Source: Myxococcales bacterium
GTDB lineage: Bacteria; Myxococcota; Myxococcia; Myxococcales; 40CM-4-68-19
NCBI GenBank assembly: GCA_036488495.1
Contig: DASXHM010000350.1
Location: 1-53,368, forward strand
Length of the DNA: 53,368 bases
Direction of reading: 5' to 3'
The translations under genes and the position numbers were made by a program. The notes below the pieces were generated by a model. It had not been told where the DNA came from and did not search any database. It saw nothing but the letters and a program-made list of their open reading frames with translations. Position 1 is the stretch's first letter. Every line of letters begins with the position of its first letter. Shown here one piece after another: positions 36,607 to 43,925 of the stretch.

Positions 36607-38043
36607 GTGAGCTTCGAGCATTGGGCCCAAACAACGCGAGGGGCGGCGCTGGCTATTATCAGAGGCAATGCCGTCGTAGACGCGAACGATCGGTTTCGCG
36701 AGCTCGAAGGCGGGCCTTGGCGCTGGACCTCCGGCCCTCACGCGAAAATCCGGTACCAGACCTTGACCGAGCTGGTCGTCGGCGAAGCAGACGGGCATGC
36801 CACGGCCCCCTCGCGCTTCGAGCGGCCGGGCGTGACGCTCGAGCTGCGGCTCGAACGCATGGGCGGCGAGGTTGTGGCCATGCTCCTCGACGTCACCCAG
36901 GAGATCGCCCGCCAGCGCGTCCTCCAGCAAGAGCGCGAAGCGTTCTTCCACGAGGAGCGCATGCACGCCATGGGCAGGCTCGCCTCCGGCGTGGCGCACG
37001 ACTTGAACCACGCGCTCAACATCGTCGCGCTCCGGGTGGCGACGTTGCGCGCGGACCCGGCGCTCGACCGATCGAAGCGGACGTTGGATTCCTTGGGCCG
37101 GATGGTCTCCGAGGCGGCGCGGGTGGTGGCCCGGCTGCAGGACCTCGCGCGCAAGCGCCGCGACAAGCCTTTGGAGCCGCTCGATCTCTCCGCAGTGCTG
37201 ACCGGCGCGGTGGAGATGGCGCGCAGCGAGGCGGATCGGGCGGACGTGCGCATCGAGGCGGACGTGCCCCCATTGCCGCTCGTGCGTGGAACCGCCGCGG
37301 AGATCCTGCACGTCTTCGGCAGCCTGCTCGCCCACGCACGGGAGCAGATGCCGGAAGGCGGCGTCATCCGGGTGCGCGCGCGCGAGGATCACGGGCGCGT
37401 CTTGGTGACCATTCGCGACAGCGGCCCCGGCGTCGAGCAGGAAGATCTCGCGCGCCTGTTCGATCCGTTCTCCGGCGTGGCGAAGGAATCCGCGCTCGGC
37501 CTCTCCGTCGCCTGGGGCGTGATGCAGCGGCTCGGCGGACAGATCTCCGCCAGCAGCCAACCCGGAGCGGGCACTTCCTTCAGCCTCATCTTCCCGCTCG
37601 CCGCTCCGCTCCCCCGCCGCGAGCAGCCGGCGCCGAGGCCGACGCAGCGGGTTCGCAAGCGCATCCTCCTGGTCGACGACGAAACCGACAACCTGGACGT
37701 GCTCCGCGAAGTCCTCCAGCTCGAAGGCCACGACGTGGAAGTGGCGCGAAGCGGGCCGGAAGCTCTGGCGCGCATCGATCGCGGCGAGCGCTACGACCTG
37801 ATGCTCTGCGACGTGGGCATGCCGGAGATGAGCGGCTGGCAGGTGGCGCGCGAGCTCGAGGGGCGCAAGCCGCGCACGCCGATCTGGATGCTGACCGGGT
37901 GGGCGAACGAGATTGGCGAATCCGATCCCAGGCTCCGGATGGTGCGCGGCGTGCTCGCGAAGCCGCTCGATCTGGACCGGCTGCGATCGCTGCTCGCGAC
38001 TCCGCAGCCGCAGGACGCACCACCCGAGCCGGTCACCGCCTGA
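36607..38043 (+). CDS. hybrid sensor histidine kinase with C-terminal receiver
   Basis: H-box 'LASGVAHDLNHALN'. 'DSGPGV' and 'LGLSVAWG' G-boxes. Receiver 'ILLVDDETDN...DLMLCDVGMPEMSG'. GTG start. Confidence 0.88.
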   Translation: MSFEHWAQTTRGAALAIIRGNAVVDANDRFRELEGGPWRWTSGPHAKIRYQTLTELVVGEADGHATAPSRFERPGVTLELRLERMGGEVVAMLLDVTQEIARQRVLQQEREAFFHEERMHAMGRLASGVAHDLNHALNIVALRVATLRADPALDRSKRTLDSLGRMVSEAARVVARLQDLARKRRDKPLEPLDLSAVLTGAVEMARSEADRADVRIEADVPPLPLVRGTAAEILHVFGSLLAHAREQMPEGGVIRVRAREDHGRVLVTIRDSGPGVEQEDLARLFDPFSGVAKESALGLSVAWGVMQRLGGQISASSQPGAGTSFSLIFPLAAPLPRREQPAPRPTQRVRKRILLVDDETDNLDVLREVLQLEGHDVEVARSGPEALARIDRGERYDLMLCDVGMPEMSGWQVARELEGRKPRTPIWMLTGWANEIGESDPRLRMVRGVLAKPLDLDRLRSLLATPQPQDAPPEPVTA

Positions 38044-38050
38044 CGACGGC

Positions 38051-38320
38051 CTAAGGGTCGATCTGCGCCGTCTCGACCAGGTATTCGGCGCCCAACCGAT
38101 CGAGCACCGGAACCAGCCTGCGCTCGTGCGCCGACGCCGCCACGATGATGTCGCCGCGGCCCTTCCTGCAGAGCAGGAAGACATGACCTTGCGCCAGCGC
38201 TTCCTTCTCGACCTCGATCTTGATGCGGATGCCGCGGCGAGGAGCGCGCTGCACGGCGCGGCGCTCGCCGTCCACCGAGACGATCCAGAGCTTGCAGGAG
38301 CCGAGGGAATCCAAAAGCAC
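38051..38320 (-). CDS. small hypothetical protein (89 aa)
   Basis: High GC3 over the whole ORF. It lies 93 nt downstream of lipoprotein 38414..39328 on the same strand. No family recognised. Confidence 0.5.
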   Translation of the reverse strand: MLLDSLGSCKLWIVSVDGERRAVQRAPRRGIRIKIEVEKEALAQGHVFLLCRKGRGDIIVAASAHERRLVPVLDRLGAEYLVETAQIDP

Positions 38321-38413
38321 GCATTCACCACTGTGCCGGAGGAATGTGTCAGCCAGATTGCGCCGGTTCGCGGCGGATTGCTACCCCCGGGGGCGGTCGC
38401 GTCGTGCGCGCGA

Positions 38414-39328
38414 TCACAACCCCGGGCACGAGGCTGCATTCCCGAGCAGGCAAGGCTTCACCCCGTTGCAGGCCGCGGTCGCCGCCAACGGATCGTCGAT
38501 GAAGGAGAGGCATGCGTTCGCATCCCAGCACTGGTGCGCCTCGGCGCTGACGAAGGGGCCGCAGCGCACGTGGAAGGAATCCTTGCCTGCGCCGGCAGCC
38601 GTGAACTGGGTGGTCACCTCGGTCGTGCAGCCGTTGCCTCCGGCCACCGCGAACGCGAACTGGCCATGCCCGTCGAGGAAGCCTTCGTAGCTGTAGTCGA
38701 AGCTGGGGACTCCGAACCCCTCGCCCTCCGTCAGGTCGAGCGAGATGGTCCGCGGGTCGTCGCCGAGGTCGTAGAAGATCCGCATGGGGAACTTCGGATC
38801 GGTGGCCTTGGCGATGCCGAGCTGCACCGACCGCTCGAAGTGGAGCGTGATCCGGCCGGTTCCGCTCTTCGCCTGGGCGCCGAAGAAGGTGCCTTCCACC
38901 ACCGCGAGAAAGGCCCCGCCGGGCGGCGCTTCCGAGATGCTGTAGTCCCAGCGCCAGGGCGTTCCGGTCGCGTCCACCTGGCGGACCATCTGCACCTGCG
39001 TCTGAAATCCGGGGTGGCTCTGATCGGGGAACGGGCCCCAGGTGCGCGAGTCGGTGTCGCGCGCGGTGGGCGGCTGCGCGCGGATGGTGTCGACGAGCTC
39101 GAGCAGCCCGCTCACGCCTTGGTTGATGTCGTCGCCGGTCTGCTTCGCGCTCTGGAAGAACGCTGCCGGACCGAGCGCGCACGACGGCTGCGCGGTCAAC
39201 GCGCTGTTCGGCACCTGCACCTGCAGCGCTTCCTTCTGCGGAATGGCCTCGAGGAAGGCGACGTCCTCGTTGGAGAGGTTGCCGCAGGCGCACAGGGCGA
39301 CGAAAAGAAAGAGCGCGCTAGAACGCAT
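38414..39328 (-). CDS. lipoprotein, paralogue of 42138..43112
   Basis: 'MRSSALFLFVALCAC' signal plus lipobox. It shares colinear blocks with the other lipoprotein (FF..., S.TWGP, W.W, G.AF..V..G, G.G..T..F, FAV, CW). The start overlaps the caspase-like gene by 11 nt. Confidence 0.72.
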   Translation of the reverse strand: MRSSALFLFVALCACGNLSNEDVAFLEAIPQKEALQVQVPNSALTAQPSCALGPAAFFQSAKQTGDDINQGVSGLLELVDTIRAQPPTARDTDSRTWGPFPDQSHPGFQTQVQMVRQVDATGTPWRWDYSISEAPPGGAFLAVVEGTFFGAQAKSGTGRITLHFERSVQLGIAKATDPKFPMRIFYDLGDDPRTISLDLTEGEGFGVPSFDYSYEGFLDGHGQFAFAVAGGNGCTTEVTTQFTAAGAGKDSFHVRCGPFVSAEAHQCWDANACLSFIDDPLAATAACNGVKPCLLGNAASCPGL

Positions 39329-40889
39329 ATTCGACTCCGGCGGCGAATTCGGCGTAGCCCAGGTTCTGCGCGCCGTCGACGTTGTAGAAGAGGTAGTTCA
39401 GCCGGCCGCGCACGAGCGCCGAAAACCGATTCGAAAACTGCCAGCTCAACATCGCCTGCAGCCCGGGCGTGAAGGTGAAGAAGTTCTGATTCTGCAACTC
39501 CGAGCGGTCGGGGAAGCTGCGCGCGAGGTAGATGAAGGCGACCCGCGCCCCGACCGACGCGGTGAAAGTGTCGGTCAGGTCGAAATCGCGCCACAAGGAC
39601 GCGCCGCCGCTCACCTCGAAGAAGCGCTCGTCGATGGGGGCGACGCCCGGCAGACGCAGCGTGGCCGAGCCGCCGCCAAGCGAAAGATCGAGACCCCAGG
39701 CGAGCGAATGCCCCAGGTCGTCGCGCGCGGCCGTCTCCAGACCCGCGAGCGCTGCCGGCGGAAACAAGCCGTTCCGCGCCGCGCTGTCGAAGAAGAATTG
39801 ACCGCCGCCGGAGAGCCGCAGGCTGTAGCGGGGGCCGGTCACACCCTTCTGCGGATCGTCGCTGAGCGGCCGCCGCACCAGCCGATTGTCGGCGACCTCG
39901 ACCGGCTGCTCGTCGACGGTGAAGCTGCCGATCAAGAGGCCGTCGCCGTCGCGCTTCTTGACCGTGTAGTCGCCGCGGGCGAGCGCGATGCGCCGCGAGC
40001 CGCCCCTCGCCTTGGCCACCTCCGCCACCGCCCGCCGCGAGTTGTCGAGCACGACGTAGACGCCTTCGTCGGAGGCGGGAAAGAGGAGCACGCCGCGCGG
40101 CGACAGATCGGTCAGCACCACGTCGCCCGCGCCGCCCAGGTCGTAGAGGTAGACGGGATGCTGCGCGCCGGCGCGCGTCTCCGCGGTTTCGCCGACCGTC
40201 CGCGCGTACGCGTAGGCATAGGCTTCCGCCAAGGTGACCTTGCCGTCGCCGCTCGCGTCCGCGTCGCCCAACAGCCCGCTCGCGAGATAATGGGTGAAGA
40301 ACGACGCGGAGAGCTCGTCCGACTCCTGCGACTCCTCGTCGGCGCTGGAAGAAGCGATCAGCACCAGGCCGCGCGGGCGGGTGGCCGCGGCCTGCGCCTT
40401 CTGCACGTCGAACGCCGGGGCGGTGCGAACGCCTTTGGCGCGAACGATGGCGCCCGATTGGCAGCTATCGATGAGGCCGATGCGCACGTCCGCAGGCGCG
40501 TCCTTGAGCAGATCGCGCAGCTCGGTCATGGGCAGGAGCGTGTCGCCCAGGCGCAGCTCGCCGTCCTTGGCGTGGCCGGAGTAGTAGACGATCAGCACCG
40601 TCTCTTCGCCGTTGGCTTTGGCCGCCGCGATGGGCGCTTTCAGCGAGGCCAGGGCCGCCAGCACCTCGTCGGCGGAAGCGCCGGTCAAGAGGCGCGCGTC
40701 CTCGGGGCGCACGCCTCCCAGCCTGACCAGGATGGAATGGATCCGCCGCGCGTCGCGCTCGGCATAGCGCAACGGGCGCGTCCCCACTCCGCCCTTGGCG
40801 TCGCCGACGATGAGCGCGAAGCGCCGCTCCGCCAGCGCGGGAAACGCGGCCATCATCGCCGCGACGCAGAGGGCGAAGCCGGTCTTCAC
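39318..40889 (-). CDS. exported caspase-family (Peptidase_C14) protein with C-terminal outer-membrane beta-barrel-like domain
   Basis: GTG 40889 gives the signal peptide 'VKTGFALCVAAMMAAFPALA'. Catalytic His is in 'LIVYYSGHAKDG' and Cys in 'GLIDSCQSGAIV'. The C-terminal ~190 aa show alternating-hydrophobic beta strands ending 'AAGVEYAF'. Confidence 0.8.
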   Translation of the reverse strand: MKTGFALCVAAMMAAFPALAERRFALIVGDAKGGVGTRPLRYAERDARRIHSILVRLGGVRPEDARLLTGASADEVLAALASLKAPIAAAKANGEETVLIVYYSGHAKDGELRLGDTLLPMTELRDLLKDAPADVRIGLIDSCQSGAIVRAKGVRTAPAFDVQKAQAAATRPRGLVLIASSSADEESQESDELSASFFTHYLASGLLGDADASGDGKVTLAEAYAYAYARTVGETAETRAGAQHPVYLYDLGGAGDVVLTDLSPRGVLLFPASDEGVYVVLDNSRRAVAEVAKARGGSRRIALARGDYTVKKRDGDGLLIGSFTVDEQPVEVADNRLVRRPLSDDPQKGVTGPRYSLRLSGGGQFFFDSAARNGLFPPAALAGLETAARDDLGHSLAWGLDLSLGGGSATLRLPGVAPIDERFFEVSGGASLWRDFDLTDTFTASVGARVAFIYLARSFPDRSELQNQNFFTFTPGLQAMLSWQFSNRFSALVRGRLNYLFYNVDGAQNLGYAEFAAGVEYAF

Positions 40890-41566
40890 CTGCGCAGCAC
40901 GAGCTCGCTGACGTCCGCATCGCGAGGCGCGTCGCTCGCGGCGTGCAGCTTTTCGGCGTCGACCTGTTCGTCGCTCAAGACCACCAGCACGCGCGCTTCG
41001 CGCGCGGCGCCGGTCCATTCGAACGCCTGCGGCAAGGGACCGTCCACCGCCGGACCGTCGTAGAGCACGCTCGATTCGGAAGGCTCGAGCAGCACCGCGG
41101 CCGCGTACTTTCTGCCGCCCGGGTGCAAGGACAGCCGCAGCTTTGCGTCCTGCGCGATCGGCTCGCCGGCGGAGAGCGCTCGGGTACCGCTCGCGTCGTT
41201 GACGAAGATCTGCGCCGGAGCGCCGCCCTTCGAGCGCAGGCCCATGTCGCGGCTCGAAGGCCGGAGCACGAAGGCGCCTGCCACCACCAAGATTGCCGCG
41301 GCGGCAGCGAGGCCGCTCGTCCAGGGCGCGAACCTCGGCCGCTGCCTTCGGGCCGCGAGCTTCTCCGCCACCCCGGCCGCGAACGCCGCGAACGGCACCT
41401 CGCGCGCGAGCGCTTCGCGCTCACCCTGCAGCTCTTGGACGGTGCGCTGACACCGGCCGCAAGCTTCCAGATGCGCCTCTAGCTGCGCCCGTTCATCGGC
41501 CTCGAGCTCTCCGGCGAAGAAGCGCCGCACCCGCATCGAAGAACAACCCTCCGCGGGCACGGTCAT
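40886..41566 (-). CDS. anti-sigma factor (zf-HC2, single TM, periplasmic domain)
   Basis: 'HLEACGRCQRTVQEL' zinc-binding motif. TM 'LAAAAAILVVAGAFVL'. ATGA overlap with the sigma stop (41563-41566) and GTGA overlap with the next gene (40886-40889). Confidence 0.8.
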   Translation of the reverse strand: MTVPAEGCSSMRVRRFFAGELEADERAQLEAHLEACGRCQRTVQELQGEREALAREVPFAAFAAGVAEKLAARRQRPRFAPWTSGLAAAAAILVVAGAFVLRPSSRDMGLRSKGGAPAQIFVNDASGTRALSAGEPIAQDAKLRLSLHPGGRKYAAAVLLEPSESSVLYDGPAVDGPLPQAFEWTGAAREARVLVVLSDEQVDAEKLHAASDAPRDADVSELVLRR

Positions 41567-42141
41567 GGCTCGTCTCCTTCCGGCAGCGAGAGCTCCGGCA
41601 ACGCCGCGCGGAGCGCGCCCCGCGAGCAGGCGAGAAACTCGCGCAGCCGCTTGCGCACCGTCGGCAAGCTGCGCCCGAGCGCAACGCCGATCTCGGCCTG
41701 GGAGAGCTCGTCGACGAAATACAGCACGGCAACCTCCTGGGCTTCTTCCGGCGCCGACGAGAGCAGCGCGCGCACCAATTCCCGCTTGTCCGGCGGTTCG
41801 AACGAGGGCTTGCGAACCTTCGCGGTCTGCACCGCCTCGTCCCGCCACTTCGCCCGGCCCGACCTGAGCAGGTTCAAACAGTGGTGGGTGGCGATGCGCA
41901 GGATCCAGGTGCTGGGCGAAGCCTGCGCGCGAAACGTCGGGATTGCTTCCAACACCTTCACGAAGACGTCCTGCAGGGCATCCTTGGCTTCCGCGTCGTC
42001 GCGCAAGAGGTAGCGGCAGCGGGCGTACACCGCCGCCGCGTACTTCTCGTACAGCTCTGCGAGGAGGCTTTCGGGGAGGCCCGGCATCTCTTGCCGGGCG
42101 CTCCTCCCTCCTTGCAGGACGCGGAGGCCGCTGCCGGTCAC
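41563..42141 (-). CDS. ECF-type RNA polymerase sigma-70 factor
   Basis: Region 2 'DAEAKDALQDVFVKVLE...STWILRIATHHCLNLLR'. Region 4 'VLYFVDELSQAEIGVALGRSLPTVRKRL'. The GTG start overlaps the upstream lipoprotein stop (GTGA at 42138-42141). Confidence 0.88.
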   Translation of the reverse strand: MTGSGLRVLQGGRSARQEMPGLPESLLAELYEKYAAAVYARCRYLLRDDAEAKDALQDVFVKVLEAIPTFRAQASPSTWILRIATHHCLNLLRSGRAKWRDEAVQTAKVRKPSFEPPDKRELVRALLSSAPEEAQEVAVLYFVDELSQAEIGVALGRSLPTVRKRLREFLACSRGALRAALPELSLPEGDEP

Positions 42142-43112
42142 TGAACGGTGAGCGTGCTGAAGACGGCGGTCGAGAACGCGCAGGACGTGACCGACCCGGT
42201 GGTGGCGCCGCCGAACGGAGGCGGTGCGGCAAGCGCGTTGCTGGTGAAGTAGACCTGCGCGAACGGCGCCGGTCCCCAGCAGTCGGAGTCCTGCAGGCTG
42301 AAGGCAGAGGCGGTGCCCTGTACGTCGGCGCGACCGCTGCCGTCGTTCTTCCAGCGCGAGTGGACCGAGACGTCGTTGCCGGTGGTGGTGTTGTGGACCG
42401 CGAACTCCAGATCGCCGCCGCCGGTCGTGTCGTCCGCGAACTTGTAGGCGATGTTGTCGAGCTGGGTGCTGACGGTTCCGTCCTTCGCGCCGGTGTAGGT
42501 GACGGCGAGCTGCGAAGGGCCCACGTTCGAGTACGAAGTGACGTTCAGCTTGCCGGTCGCGTCGTGCGTGCCGTCCAAGCTCTGGGCAGCGTCAAAGTCC
42601 ATGGTGAAGCTGCCCGAGCCGTGGTGCGGGGTCCCCGACGGCTTGGCGACGCCGGAAGCCACCGTCACGAACGCGCTCCCCGGCCGCGACTTCGCCTGCG
42701 CCGACAGCGTCCAGTCGAAGCTTTCGCCGTCCGCGTCGCGGCTGACCACCAGCTCGTAGGTGTTGAAGTCGAGCGCGGAAGAGCCCGGGCCCCAGGTGCA
42801 GCTCGTCTCGGTGCAACTGGTCGGCTCGTTCGAGGCGACGTCGGCAAGCACGTCGAGGAAGATCTTCACCGGCGCGTTGAAGGTCGCGGCGACCGAGACG
42901 GTGAGGGCGAAGAACGGGTCGGACGAAGTGGCGTCGGGCGCTGCGGCGAGCGCCTTCGAGGGAGCGTTGGCCGCGGTCGCGGAGCCGTCAGGGCTGTTCA
43001 TGCCGACGGTGCTCTTGTTGGGAAGCGAATCGCGCGCCTGGTCCTTGAACGCGGCGGACGATCCGCCGCAGGCGGCCATCAAAGTCATTGCGGCAAGAAG
43101 TAGCTTCTTCAC
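42138..43112 (-). CDS. lipoprotein, paralogue of 38414..39328; first gene of the ECF/caspase operon
   Basis: GTG 43112 is preceded by AAGGAGAAGACC. 'VKKLLLAAMTLMAAC' signal plus lipobox. Colinear similarity to 38414..39328. Confidence 0.72.
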   Translation of the reverse strand: MKKLLLAAMTLMAACGGSSAAFKDQARDSLPNKSTVGMNSPDGSATAANAPSKALAAAPDATSSDPFFALTVSVAATFNAPVKIFLDVLADVASNEPTSCTETSCTWGPGSSALDFNTYELVVSRDADGESFDWTLSAQAKSRPGSAFVTVASGVAKPSGTPHHGSGSFTMDFDAAQSLDGTHDATGKLNVTSYSNVGPSQLAVTYTGAKDGTVSTQLDNIAYKFADDTTGGGDLEFAVHNTTTGNDVSVHSRWKNDGSGRADVQGTASAFSLQDSDCWGPAPFAQVYFTSNALAAPPPFGGATTGSVTSCAFSTAVFSTLTVQ

Positions 43113-43256
43113 GGTCTTCTCCTTGGCGGGAGCCGGGTTGCTCCCGAAGAGTTCGTGCGATCTGGACACAGCCCCGGCCGAAACTTGGAAACAGGAAGAA
43201 AACGCCCGCTGTTCCCGCGCAGTTGAGCGGTCCTTTGTGCGACACTCGCCTTCACT

Positions 43257-43673
43257 GTGAGTTGCCTGTTTTGCGCCATCGCCGAGGGAACCGAGCCCGC
43301 GTCCATCGTGCACCGGGACCCTCGCTTCTGCGCTTTTCTCGACGTCCGGCCGGTCTTCAAAGGCCACGTGCTGGTCGTCCCCCGCGCACACACGCCCGAC
43401 TTTGCCTCGCTACCCCAGGCGTCGATCGGGCCCTTGTTTTCGCTCGCGCAGCAGGTGTCGGATGCGGTGCAGGAGGCGCTCTCTGCGCAGGGCGCGTTCA
43501 TCGCGGTGAACGAAAAGGTCTCGCAGAGCCAGCCGCACCTGCACGTCCACGTGGTCCCGCGCACGAAAGGCGACGGGCTGCGCGGTTTCTTCTGGCCGCG
43601 GACGAGGTACGAGAGCGTGGAAGAACGGGACGGCTACGCGGCACGCATCGGGGAAGCTCTCCGCAGTCCGTAA
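43257..43673 (+). CDS. HIT (histidine triad) family hydrolase
   Basis: 'CLFCAI' N-terminus and the histidine triad 'QSQPHLHVHVVPR'. Confidence 0.88.
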   Translation: MSCLFCAIAEGTEPASIVHRDPRFCAFLDVRPVFKGHVLVVPRAHTPDFASLPQASIGPLFSLAQQVSDAVQEALSAQGAFIAVNEKVSQSQPHLHVHVVPRTKGDGLRGFFWPRTRYESVEERDGYAARIGEALRSP

Positions 43674-43683
43674 TGCTGCGGAG
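43659..43683 (+). terminator. candidate terminator hairpin spanning the HIT stop codon
   Basis: CUCCGCAG-UCCGUAAUG-CUGCGGAG (8-bp stem) followed by GGUUUCC. The U tract is weak. Confidence 0.35.
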
Positions 43684-43925
43684 GGTTTCCGCAGTCCGTA
43701 AGAAAGAAAGCCCCGCTACATGACAGTCCTGTCAGGGTTGCGGTTGCAGCGCGTGTTGGGCAGCCGACGCCCCGCGAGCTGACCGAAAGCATTTCAACCA
43801 CTTGCGAAAACGGCCGAAGCTGGCTCCGCGCTTGCAGATGATCGCGCGCATGAGCGTCCTTCGAACCATGAGCTTGATCGCCGGCGGAGCCCTGGTGGCT
43901 CTCGGCGGCAGCGCACTCGCGCTGT

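Noticed and set aside
36462-38054. 530-aa plus ORF and 613-aa minus ORF (36598..38439) covering the hybrid kinase locus
   Set aside because: Both are Arg/Ala/Pro-rich with no motifs. The 36607..38043 frame carries complete H-box, G-box and receiver signatures.
38414-39328. Possibility that the ~300-aa protein next to the caspase-like gene is a bacterial gasdermin
   Set aside because: It has a classical signal peptide and lipobox ('FVALCAC'), so it is exported. Bacterial gasdermins are cytoplasmic before activation. The protease itself is also exported.
39042-41063. 673-aa plus-strand ORF antisense to the caspase-like gene
   Set aside because: It has low-complexity Arg/Ala/Gly composition. 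The opposite strand encodes a protein with a signal peptide, a catalytic dyad and an OMP-type C-terminus.
43211-43215. GGAAC (minus strand) as the -35 of an autoregulated ECF promoter upstream of the caspase operon
   Set aside because: I found no CGT-type -10 at the expected 16-17-nt spacing. I left it as something to test rather than a feature.
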